NCBI GenBank assembly: GCA_965140585.1
Contig: OZ223264.1
Span: 704,001 to 768,000 of the forward strand
DNA from: Spirochaetia bacterium
Lineage (GTDB): Bacteria; Spirochaetota; Spirochaetia; UBA9216
DNA length: 64,000 nt
Direction: 5' to 3'
Within the stretch, counting starts at the first letter, position 1. Each line of letters starts with the position of its first letter. The notes below the pieces were generated by a model. That model made no database searches and was not told the DNA's origin. It saw only the letters and a list, made by a program, of their open reading frames with translations. This document shows, one piece after another, positions 51,596 through 61,219 of the stretch. The translations under genes were made by a program, and so were the position numbers.

Positions 51596-53102
51596 ATGAA
51601 TGATAAGATGCCGGAATACATTCTTTCAGTTGAAAACATAAATAAAACCTTTCCCGGTGTTAAAGCGCTTGATGATGTTTCTATTAATGTCAGGCGGGGG
51701 ACGGTTCATGGAATAGTAGGGGAGAACGGTGCCGGTAAATCTACACTGATGAAGATTTTATCAGGAGTACATGTTAAAGATTCGGGCACAATCACTTTTG
51801 ACGGAAAAGATATCAAGTCAACCACACCACATAAGTCAATGGAAATGGGACTTAGTATTATTTATCAGGAACTGAATATCGTAAATACGATGACGGTGGG
51901 AGAAAATGTTTTTCTGGGCCGTTTCAGAGAATTAAAAGGTATGAAGGGCACGCATGCGAAGGCCCGTGAGCTTCTGGACAGTATCGGTTCAAAAATTGAT
52001 ACCTATACCCTGGTTGGAGATTTGAGTGTTTCTGAAAAACAGATGGTTGAAATAGCGAAGGCTCTTTCATTCGACTCTAAACTGATTATCATGGATGAAC
52101 CGAGCAGCAGTCTTACAGATGATGAAATGAAGCATCTGGCAAGGATTATTGCACAGCTTAAAGAGCAGGGAATATCTATCATTTATATAAGTCATAAACT
52201 CGATGAGATATCAACTACTGCGATATGGTCACCGTTATGCGTGACGGCAAGGTCATAGATACAAAACCGATCGGAGAGATAACCAGGGGTGAAATGATTG
52301 CCAAGATGGTCGGCCGGTCAATTGAAAATGAATTTCCCGAGCGTCCGAGAAATGTCGGTGAAACACTGATGGAAGTACGCTCAATAAATACAAAAAAATG
52401 AAGGATGTCTCCTTCAAGCTGAAAAAAGGGTGAAATACTGGGCTTTGTCGGACTGGTGGAGCAGGAAGGACTGAGATAGTCCGGGCTATTTTCGGTGCTG
52501 ACAAAACCTTCGGCCATGAAATTCTTATTGACGGAAAACCTGTTAAAATCAAGGAACCTGCCGATGCCAAGGCTGCCGGAATATCATTCGTTCCCGAAGA
52601 CCGTAAACTGCAGGGGCTTATACTTCCCTTCAGTGTTGAGTCAAACATCTCAATGGCAAGCCTCGACAGGATGACGACAAAGCTCGGTTTTCTTAAAAAG
52701 GGCGATGAGAAGGCAATTGCCGAAAGACAGATTAAGGCTCTTAATATTAAAACCCCGTCGGCTAAAACAAGGGCTGAAAGCCTTTCCGGCGGAAACCAGC
52801 AGAAATGTATAGTCGGCCGCTGGCTCGAACTTGAACCGCGTATCCTGATAATGGATGAACCGACAAGGGGTATTGATGTCGGTGCGAAGTATGAAATCTA
52901 TCTGCTTATGAAGGATATAGTTAGCAAGGGCGGTTCTGTAATATTGATATCTTCGGAACTTCCGGAGGTTCTGAATATGAGCAACCGCGTGCTTACAATC
53001 TGTGACGGCCGAATTACAGGCGAGTTTGATCCTGAAAAGGCATCGACACATGAAATAATGGAAAAAGCATTTGAGTTTATTGATAAAGGGACAGAATCAT
53101 GA
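51596..53102 (+). pseudogene. sugar ABC ATP-binding protein (RbsA-like), frameshifted around 52210-52460
   Basis: GENGAGKST, IMDEPS, VPEDRK, LSGGNQQK, DEPTRGIDVGAK. Confidence 0.85.
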
Positions 53103-54108
53103 GCGAAAATAATATACCAGCAAAAGCAGTTCCGGTTGCTGATTCAAAATTCAGAAGGGCAATTATTGAGTTCTCAAAGGAATACATGGTCCTTTTCGCC
53201 ATTGCTGTACTGGCCATTGTAACTATAATCGTCGAAACCAAAATTTGCGACTGTTGCAAATATGACGAATATCATGCGTCAGTTCGGGCCTCTGATTATG
53301 GTCTGCCTTGGAATGACTTTTGTGATTATAGGCGGGTTTATTGATCTTTCAGTTTCCGGAACAATTCCGCTGGTCGTTGTCATAACCCACTCACTTATCG
53401 AACCTCTTGGAATGGTTCCGGCTCTTATAATCGGACTGATAGCCGGAGCGGTGTGCGGCTTTATCAACAGTCTGCTGATACTGGTGAGCGGTGCTATCAC
53501 ACAGGCTGAAGCCCTGTTTATCACCTATGGAACCATGGTCGTTTTCGGCGGGCTTGCAATGCTGTATACAGGAGGAGTGACCCACTACCTGACATACATG
53601 GAGGCTGATTATTCACTCTTCACTGTTATAGGTTCAGGTACGGTCGGAATATTCTCGGTATCATTTCTGATATTTATTTTTGTTTTTGTAATTCTGTATA
53701 TTTTTCAGAATAAAACCTATCTCGGACGCACAATCAACCTGCTCGGTGGAAACAAAACCGCAGCAAGACTTGCAGGAATATCTGTAAAAAAGGGAATCAT
53801 CGCCCATGTTTACCATCAACGGCTTCATGGCTGGTTTAAGCGGTATCATTCTCTTTTCAAGGGTAACGCAGGCATCACCTACGCTAGGTAAGGGCTATGA
53901 AACCCAGGCCATAATGGCGGTAGTCGTCGGCGGAACCTCACTGCTCGGTGGTAAGGGAAGCGTAATACGTACTGTAATTGGAACACTGCTGGTTATTCTG
54001 CTTGGCAACTGCCTTAACCTGCTGGGTGTAGATGTTTATATGCAGTATGTAATGAGAGGTCTTGTTCTGGTCGTAGCCATCTGGCTTGACACCAAGAGGC
54101 AGCACTAG
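53099..54108 (+). pseudogene. sugar ABC permease, frameshifted near 53245 and 53805
   Basis: GMTFVIIGGFIDLSV, GGNKTAARLAGI, AVVVGGTSLLGGKGS in three frames. Confidence 0.82.
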
Positions 54109-54116
54109 GAGGCGCG

Positions 54117-55088
54117 GTGATGAATAATTATCCTAAAGGTAAAATAATTTTAAAGAAGCTTACAAGACAGAAAGCGGTAATGGCTATTCTGGCAATGTTT
54201 ATACTGATGCTCTTTTTCCCCACATATTTCTTTACAAGCTACAACCTGCTTGATCTGCTTAATTCCGCATCAATCTATATTGTTCTTGCTTTCGGAATTA
54301 CGCTTGTAATTATTGGTGAGGGAATTGACCTCTCAATCGGAGGAACTCTCTGCCTTGGCGGTATCGTATCTATAATGTTCATGAACGCAGGAGTTCCCAT
54401 CTGGCTTTCGATAGTACTTGCAGTCATTGTCGGAGCTCTTATTGGTGCTGTTAACGGATTTCTGGTTGTGTATCAGAAATGTGCTCCGTTTATAATTACC
54501 CTCGGAATGGGAATGGTCTTAACAGGTGTTGCTCAGCAGCTTACAGACGCGCATCCGATTACACCTGACAACTATGAATTTATGATGATAGGAAATGGTA
54601 CAATTTTCGGTTTTATACCGAATTCGATCGTAATCATGCTTGTCGTATTTGTAATTACCCACTTTCTTCTCCGTTATACCCAGTTCGGACGAAATATTTA
54701 TGCAATCGGCGGTGATTTCGAGGTTGCCGAGTACTCAGGAATAAGTGTTAAGAAAATCCAGGCTGCAACCTATGTTATCTGCGGCGCTGCGGCAGCCTTC
54801 TCGGGTGTACTGCTTTCCTCAACCCTTAATACCGGCCATTCAATCTACGGAGACCGAATTCCGCTTGTTGTTATAAGTGCTGTAGTAGTCGGCGGTACGT
54901 CCCTGGCCGGCGGAGTCGGCGGAGCGCCGCTTGCCATGCTTGGTTACCTTGTTTTCGGAGTAATGGAAAACAGTATGAACATGCTTCGGATCAGCCCCTA
55001 TATTCAGGAAGTAATAAGGGGAATAGTTGTTGTAACCATCCTTTGTCTTGACAGCTACAGCAGAAAGCGCAAGAGAGAAGCTGTATAA
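54117..55088 (+). CDS. sugar ABC permease (RbsC-like)
   Basis: GIDLSIG, GRNIYAIGG, AVVVGGTSLAGGVG. Confidence 0.9.
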   Translation: MMNNYPKGKIILKKLTRQKAVMAILAMFILMLFFPTYFFTSYNLLDLLNSASIYIVLAFGITLVIIGEGIDLSIGGTLCLGGIVSIMFMNAGVPIWLSIVLAVIVGALIGAVNGFLVVYQKCAPFIITLGMGMVLTGVAQQLTDAHPITPDNYEFMMIGNGTIFGFIPNSIVIMLVVFVITHFLLRYTQFGRNIYAIGGDFEVAEYSGISVKKIQAATYVICGAAAAFSGVLLSSTLNTGHSIYGDRIPLVVISAVVVGGTSLAGGVGGAPLAMLGYLVFGVMENSMNMLRISPYIQEVIRGIVVVTILCLDSYSRKRKREAV

Positions 55089-55107
55089 TGTTTTTCCGGA
55101 AGGCTGT

Positions 55108-56067
55108 ATGAAAAAATATCTGTGCGGAGTAGACCTCGGTGGCACAAAGCTGTCTGCCGGGCTCTTTCTTGAAGACGGCACCCTTGTCGAAAAACTGAAA
55201 ATATATGATCACAAGGACATGGACTGTGACGGAATAGCGGATAAGGTTATAAGCCTTATCCGTGCCCTTATGGATAACAATGGTATTGCAGATGAAGAGC
55301 TTCACGGCATAGGTATCTGTATGGCAGGCCATGTGAACTACAAGAAGGGGCTTATAATAACATCAAGTAACTTCAGGGCCTGTTTTAACAATTATCCGAT
55401 ACGGGAGCGGGTAGCCCGGAAATTCCGTACCCATGTAATTCTTGATAATGATGCGAATGCCCAGGCATATGGAGAATTCCGATTCGGTGCTGGCAAGAGT
55501 TTTTCGGATATGATCTTTCTTACTGTAAGTACAGGTGTCGGTTGCGGAATTATAATAGATAAAAAACTTATCCGTGGAATGACAGGTACTGCGGGTGAGG
55601 TCGGTCATACAATAATTGATCCCCATTCCGATATTCAATGTTCCTGCGGAAACTACGGCTGTATGATGTCGCTTTCAAGCGGTCAGTATCTGCCTGCTTT
55701 GTACCGAAAATATCTTGAATCAGGAGAGAAATCAACGATAGGGGTGGATCTTTCGAATGTAGATAATTTCGACGGTCTTACCATGCGGAGGGGCCTTGAG
55801 GAGGGAGACGCTCTTTCAAGGAAAGTCCTTGGTGATTCGGCTGATGCTGTAGGTGTAGGCCTGTATAACCTTTTTCAGATTCTCAATCCCGAAATCTTTA
55901 TAATCGGCGGAGGGCTCACAAATTGCGGCGAGGTTTATCTGGATCAGATTGAGCATAAATTCTTGTCACTCGTGAACAAAATGATGTATGATAAAATCGA
56001 AATCCGACCTTCTGCGCTGGGAAACAACGCCGGATTACTGGGAGCAGCTGCGTTAACACTGGAATAA
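55108..56067 (+). CDS. ROK family sugar kinase
   Basis: GVDLGGTK, DNDANA, STGVGCG, GEVGH, CSCGNYGC. Confidence 0.9.
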   Translation: MKKYLCGVDLGGTKLSAGLFLEDGTLVEKLKIYDHKDMDCDGIADKVISLIRALMDNNGIADEELHGIGICMAGHVNYKKGLIITSSNFRACFNNYPIRERVARKFRTHVILDNDANAQAYGEFRFGAGKSFSDMIFLTVSTGVGCGIIIDKKLIRGMTGTAGEVGHTIIDPHSDIQCSCGNYGCMMSLSSGQYLPALYRKYLESGEKSTIGVDLSNVDNFDGLTMRRGLEEGDALSRKVLGDSADAVGVGLYNLFQILNPEIFIIGGGLTNCGEVYLDQIEHKFLSLVNKMMYDKIEIRPSALGNNAGLLGAAALTLE

Positions 56068-56069
56068 TT

Positions 56070-56828
56070 ATGAATAAACGACACAGACAGATATTAAGTA
56101 TAATGTCAGATGGAAAAAAAGCTGCTGTTAATGAGCTTGCCGAAAGACTTGATGTCTCTCCTGCAACTATCAGACAGGATTTGACATCTCTTGAATCCAA
56201 CGGCTTTCTGAAAAGGGTTCACGGAGGTGCTGTTCTTGATGAAACAGATGACATCTCACACCGGATGGGTATAAATTATGAGCAAAAGCTCAGCATTGCC
56301 CGGACTGCTGTTTCCTATGTTGAAGAGGGTGAAACCATCTTCATCGAATCGGGTTCCATTAACTCCCTTCTCGCCCAGGAAATAGTCAAGCAGCGTAAAA
56401 CTACGACAATAATTACATCAAATGCCTTTATAGCCAGGCAGATTGGAAAAAATTCCGAAGGAAGAGTTATTCTGCTCGGAGGAATCTATCAGCCGGAAAG
56501 TGAATGTCTTGTCGGTAATCTTGTGAAGGAATGTCTTAAGCATCTGAACTTCAGCAAGGCGTTTATCGGTGTTGACGGCTTTTCTCAGAATACCGGGTTT
56601 ACCGGAAAAGATATGATGAGGGCTGATATCAACTCGGTAATAATTAAAAGAAGTCCCCAAACTTTCATTCTTACTGATTCATCTAAATTCGGAAAAATTG
56701 CCATGTCTAAATACTGCGGGGTTGAAGATATCCAGTACCTGATTACCGACAGTAATATTTCAGATGAGTATGTCGGCATCTTCAAAGAGGCCGGAGTAGA
56801 AATTATTTTTCCTAAAGATCACCTTTAA
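56070..56828 (+). CDS. DeoR/GlpR family transcriptional regulator
   Basis: VSPATIRQDL, RVHGGA, TDSSKFG. Confidence 0.92.
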   Translation: MNKRHRQILSIMSDGKKAAVNELAERLDVSPATIRQDLTSLESNGFLKRVHGGAVLDETDDISHRMGINYEQKLSIARTAVSYVEEGETIFIESGSINSLLAQEIVKQRKTTTIITSNAFIARQIGKNSEGRVILLGGIYQPESECLVGNLVKECLKHLNFSKAFIGVDGFSQNTGFTGKDMMRADINSVIIKRSPQTFILTDSSKFGKIAMSKYCGVEDIQYLITDSNISDEYVGIFKEAGVEIIFPKDHL

Positions 56829-56847
56829 TATTTAGACGGAGAACAGG

Positions 56848-57861
56848 GTGGTTTCACAGCAGGATGTTGCAAAAAAAGCCAATGTTTCATACATGACGGT
56901 TTCAAGAGTCGTTAACAAATGCGGTAACGTCAAAAAGGAAACCGAGGAACGAGTCCTTAAGGTGATTGAGGAACTCGGTTACCATCCCAATGCCGCTGCC
57001 AGGGCACTGAATAACAGAAAAACCAATAACATAGGAATAGTCCTCCCGAAAAAAGAATATCTTCTTACAGCACCATTTTATATTGAACTCCTTCTTTCGG
57101 TTGAAAAACAGCTCAGACAAAACGGATACAGTCTATTCCTGGGGTCGCTTCATGATGATGAGCTCTCTGCTGCCGATCATTCCAGGCTGTATAAAGAAGG
57201 GAAGGTTGACGGACTGATTGTTTTTGCCCCCCCGTTTGAGGCGCCGTTCCTCGAGAAACTTTCCGGGGATGAAATACCCTTTACCGTTGTTCTGGGCAGA
57301 AGCAGGGGAAATAAGTTCAGCTTTGTTGATGTTGATAATACAGGAAGTTCAGCCCGTGTTGTATCATATCTTCTGGATCTTGGTCATAAAAGAATAGGCT
57401 TCGTCAGTGGTAATATAGAAGAAATAAACGCATCTGACAGGCTTAAAGGATATAAAATGCAGCTGGAGGCGACTGGTATTTCGGTAGATGAGAAGCTGAT
57501 ATTCTGCGGAGACTGGTCACTGAAAAGCGGCTATGATGCATTTGATAAGTTGATGAAACTAGAAAATCCTCCTACTGCAGTGTTCTGTTCCAATGATTAT
57601 ATGGCTATGGGAATGATAAAAGCGGCCCATGATGCAGGTCTTAAACTGCCCCAAGATTTATCTGTAGCCGGTTTTGATGATCTTCAGTATTCATCGTTTA
57701 TTACTCCATCCTTAACTACTGTAAGGCAGCCGGTGGAGCAGATTGCTGTTGCCGCTGTTGACATGATGATGGCGGTTATCTCCGGTGAGTCTACAACTCC
57801 TGCTGAGGTGATTCTTGATTCTGATTTTGTATTACGAAGCTCATGTCTTGCGTTGACATAG
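56848..57861 (+). CDS. LacI family transcriptional regulator
   Basis: DVAKKANVSYMTVSRVVN, YHPNAAARAL, SVAGFDD, LTTVRQP. Confidence 0.93.
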   Translation: MVSQQDVAKKANVSYMTVSRVVNKCGNVKKETEERVLKVIEELGYHPNAAARALNNRKTNNIGIVLPKKEYLLTAPFYIELLLSVEKQLRQNGYSLFLGSLHDDELSAADHSRLYKEGKVDGLIVFAPPFEAPFLEKLSGDEIPFTVVLGRSRGNKFSFVDVDNTGSSARVVSYLLDLGHKRIGFVSGNIEEINASDRLKGYKMQLEATGISVDEKLIFCGDWSLKSGYDAFDKLMKLENPPTAVFCSNDYMAMGMIKAAHDAGLKLPQDLSVAGFDDLQYSSFITPSLTTVRQPVEQIAVAAVDMMMAVISGESTTPAEVILDSDFVLRSSCLALT

Positions 57862-57925
57862 AATAATTGTTATGATTAGAATGTGTGCGGTCACATTTAG
57901 AAAATTCCGCAACGGAGGAATACTG

Positions 57926-59250
57926 ATGGAAAAAAAAGGCCTAAAAATAGTCACAATTGGCGGCGGATCAAGCTATACGCCTGAACTGGTAGAAGGTTTT
58001 ATCAAACGCTACGATGAACTGCCTGTAAAAGAACTGTGGCTTGTTGATATAGAAAGCGGTCTTGAGAAACTTGAAACAGTGGGGGAGCTTGCAACACGGA
58101 TGGTCGATAAGGCAGGGCTTCCCATGAAAATTATCACTACTACCGATCGCCGGGCTGCTCTTCCGGGAGCTGATTTTGTCACAACCCAGATAAGGGTAGG
58201 GGGAATGGACGGCCGGATAAAGGATGAGAAAATTCCGCTTTCACACGGTGTTCTGGGGCAGGAGACAAACGGAGCCGGAGGGCTGTTTCTTGGACTCCGG
58301 ACCATCCCGGTAATTCTTCAAATTGCCGATGAGATTGTTGAATTATGCCCGGAAGCCTGGCTTGTGAATTTTTCGAATCCGGCTGGAATGGTAACCGAAG
58401 CCCTCCTCAGATATTCAGACCATAAAAGGGTTGTAGGTCTCTGTAATGTCCCGATTGGTATTCACAAAGCTCTGGCCGGGGTTATGGGCGTGGATACCGA
58501 AAGGCTGAAAGTTGATTTTGCCGGCCTTAATCACATGGTTTTCGGCCTTAAAACATATCTTGACGGTGAGGATATCTCTGAGCAGATTCCGGATATTATA
58601 ATAGAATCGAAGGGCCGGATTACAATGAATAATATTCCGCCTATTGAATGGGAACCGGAATTTATTAAGGGTCTGAAGATTCTGCCCTGTCCCTACCACC
58701 GTTACTAGCTATAAGACTGCCGAGATGGTGAAAGAGGCCCTTGAAGAGTATCGGCATAACGGTACAAGGGCAGAGAAGGTTAAGGCAATGGAAACCGAGC
58801 TTTTCGAGCTTTACAGGGAGCCGTCGCTTAATGTCAAACCGGCCCAGCTTGAGAACCGAGGCGGGGCTTACTACAGTGATGCAGCCTGCAGCCTCATCAA
58901 TTCCATTTATAATAATAAGGGTGATATACAGACAGTTAACACCATGAACCGGGGGGCTATAAGCGACCTTCCCTATGAGTCTGCTGTCGAGATAAACTGC
59001 CGAATTACTGGCAATGGTCCCGAGACTGCTGTCAGGTGCGAACTTCCCATACCGGTTAAGGGGTCTTATACAGCAGATTAAATCCTTTGAGAGAACGGCC
59101 GCTGAAGCTGCGGTCACGGGTGATTACAATACCGGAGTTCTGGCGCTTGCCATAAATCCGCTGGTCGCATCTGATAAACTGGCAAGAGTATTATTTGATG
59201 AAATGCTTGAGGCTCATAAAGAGTTTCTTCCGCAGTTTGCTGCGCGCTGA
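57926..59250 (+). pseudogene. 6-phospho-beta-glucosidase (GH4), two +1 indels
   Basis: IGGGSSYTPE, GQETNGAGG, NFSNPAG, GLCNVP, GLNH, RGGAYYS. Removing one base near 58708 and one near 59061 gives 441 codons. Confidence 0.85.
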
Positions 59251-59258
59251 GGCCTTCT

Positions 59259-60159
59259 GTGAAAAGAATTATTGGCGTCGATGTAGGCGGGACCAAGATA
59301 GCTTCTGTGCTTGCGGAATATGGAGATGATTTCACAATTCTGGGCAGATTGAGAATAGACACTGAGGCTGAGCGGGGATGCGCTGATATAATTGATAATA
59401 TCTGCGGTTCTATTGATAAGCTTCTTGCTGAAGAGGGGATAACCTCCGCGGATCTCTCCGGAATCGGGATCGCTCTTCCGGGTCCTGTTGATTCAGAGAC
59501 CGGGGTTTCATTTGACTGTCCCAATTTAAAGGGATGGAAAAATATAGATATAAGGCAAATCCTTAAGCAGCGTTACGGTACATTTGTGTATGCTGAAAAT
59601 GATGCTAGGGCAGCAGCTGCAGGTGAGGCTGCCTTTGGTGCCGGGCGTAATATAAGTAACTTTGTGTATATAAGTATCAGCACAGGGATAGGCTGCGGAA
59701 TCATTATAGATGGAAGGGTTTATAAGGGTGCTCACGGTGCTGCTGGCGAGCTTAGTCACATCGTATTTCCCGGCGGCGAAGAACTGTACAAGTTAGCCTC
59801 AGGCAAGGCAGTCGAAGAGCTATTTTCTGTATCGGCTGAAAATCTGAAGATCCTCTATGAAAAAGGCGAGTCTTCAGCGGTGAAAGCTTTTGAGCATCTG
59901 CTTGAATACCTTGGGACAGGGATTTCAAATGTTGTGACCCCTGCTGAATCCCGCTGCCGTGGTGATAGGAGGCGGACTTGGCAACCTCGGTGATTTTCTG
60001 CTCAAACCGCTTGAACGTGAAATAAGGCGGAAGGCCTTTTCAGTAAGCGGAGAGAAGGTTCAAATTCTAAAGGCCGAGCATATCAACGACGCAGGAGTCC
60101 TCGGGATCTGTTCTATGCTGCTCAGTGAACTGCCGGACACTGACTCTGCGGCTTTTTAA
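59259..60159 (+). pseudogene. ROK family kinase, one +1 indel near 59940
   Basis: GVDVGGTK, ENDARA, STGIGCG, GELSH. ACCCCTG should read ACC CTG; 901-1 = 900 nt. Confidence 0.82.
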
Positions 60160-60172
60160 TCAGGCCGTCTTC

Positions 60173-61150
60173 CTAGTAGGCGACAACTGTGGTTCCGGCT
60201 CTTCCTTCAAGTGACGCTTCAAGATGCTCAACGTCAGTTATTATCACCTTGTGCTGCGGGTTCGCCTGAATAAACTCAATGGCCGCCATCACTTTGGGAG
60301 CCATTGAGCCCACGCCGAAATGGCCCTCATTGTAGTAATATCTTGCTTCGGCAAGCGTCAGACGGTCCAGATGCTTTTCATCCGGCTTCCCGAAATTAAG
60401 TGAAACATGGGGAACCCCGGTAATTATAATGAAGGTTTTAGCTCCTACAGCCAGGGCCAGTTTCATGCTGGCCAGATCCTTATCAATTACACAGTCAATG
60501 CCTTCAAGGGTCTTATCCTTCTCATAGAAAACAGGAATACCGCCCCCGCCTCCGGCTATAACCACGTAATTCTGTTCAAGCAGCAGCTTTATTGCACCCT
60601 TCTCAACTATATCAATCGGATAGGGTGATGCAACGTATCTGCGCCAGCCTCTCCCGGAATCCTCCCTTATTGTCCAGCCGGTAGCCTCGGCCAGAGACTT
60701 CGCTTCCTTTTCGGTGTAGAAAGGGCCAATAGGTTTTGTCGGATTCTTCAGGGCTGGATCGTGCTGATCCACAAGTACCTGCGTCGGGATGGTTACTACA
60801 TTGCGCCAGATACCTGCCTTTATCATCATGTTCTGCAGACACTGTTCGATCATGTATCCCATCGAACCTTCAGTCATTGCATCAGCAACCCCCAGAGGCG
60901 TATCAGGCACTTTTTCCTTGGCGTAGTCCACCATCAGCATCAGATTCCCCACCTGCGGACCGTTCCCGTGGGTCAGAACAAAATTGAAACCCTTATTTAG
61001 AAGGCTTACTATAGGGCCCATAGATTCCCTGGTATTGGCGAACTGTTCATGTATATCGCCCTTTTCACCCTTCCGTATTATGGCATTTCCGCCCAGAGCT
61101 ATAACTGCCAGCTCATGAGGTTCTTTCTTGATATTTTTCGCCTGTTTCAT
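60173..61150 (-). CDS. arcC: carbamate kinase
   Basis: IALGGNAI, THGNGPQVG, PTKPIGP, RRYVASP, VIDKD, GSMAPK. Confidence 0.93.
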   Translation of the reverse strand: MKQAKNIKKEPHELAVIALGGNAIIRKGEKGDIHEQFANTRESMGPIVSLLNKGFNFVLTHGNGPQVGNLMLMVDYAKEKVPDTPLGVADAMTEGSMGYMIEQCLQNMMIKAGIWRNVVTIPTQVLVDQHDPALKNPTKPIGPFYTEKEAKSLAEATGWTIREDSGRGWRRYVASPYPIDIVEKGAIKLLLEQNYVVIAGGGGGIPVFYEKDKTLEGIDCVIDKDLASMKLALAVGAKTFIIITGVPHVSLNFGKPDEKHLDRLTLAEARYYYNEGHFGVGSMAPKVMAAIEFIQANPQHKVIITDVEHLEASLEGRAGTTVVAY

Positions 61151-61219
61151 AAAATAATTATAAATCCATATTTTTATTCTGTAATTGAAAAAAACCGGGA
61201 TCTCGATTATTCTTGTTGT

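Noticed and set aside
58700-58714. TAG inside the GH4 gene as pyrrolysine/readthrough
   Set aside because: The downstream homology is in another frame; one inserted G (TAC TAC to TAC TAGC) explains it.
48808-60159. Programmed frameshifting or phase variation
   Set aside because: Up to five shifts per gene in very short runs and in both directions; no shared slippery motif or long SSR.
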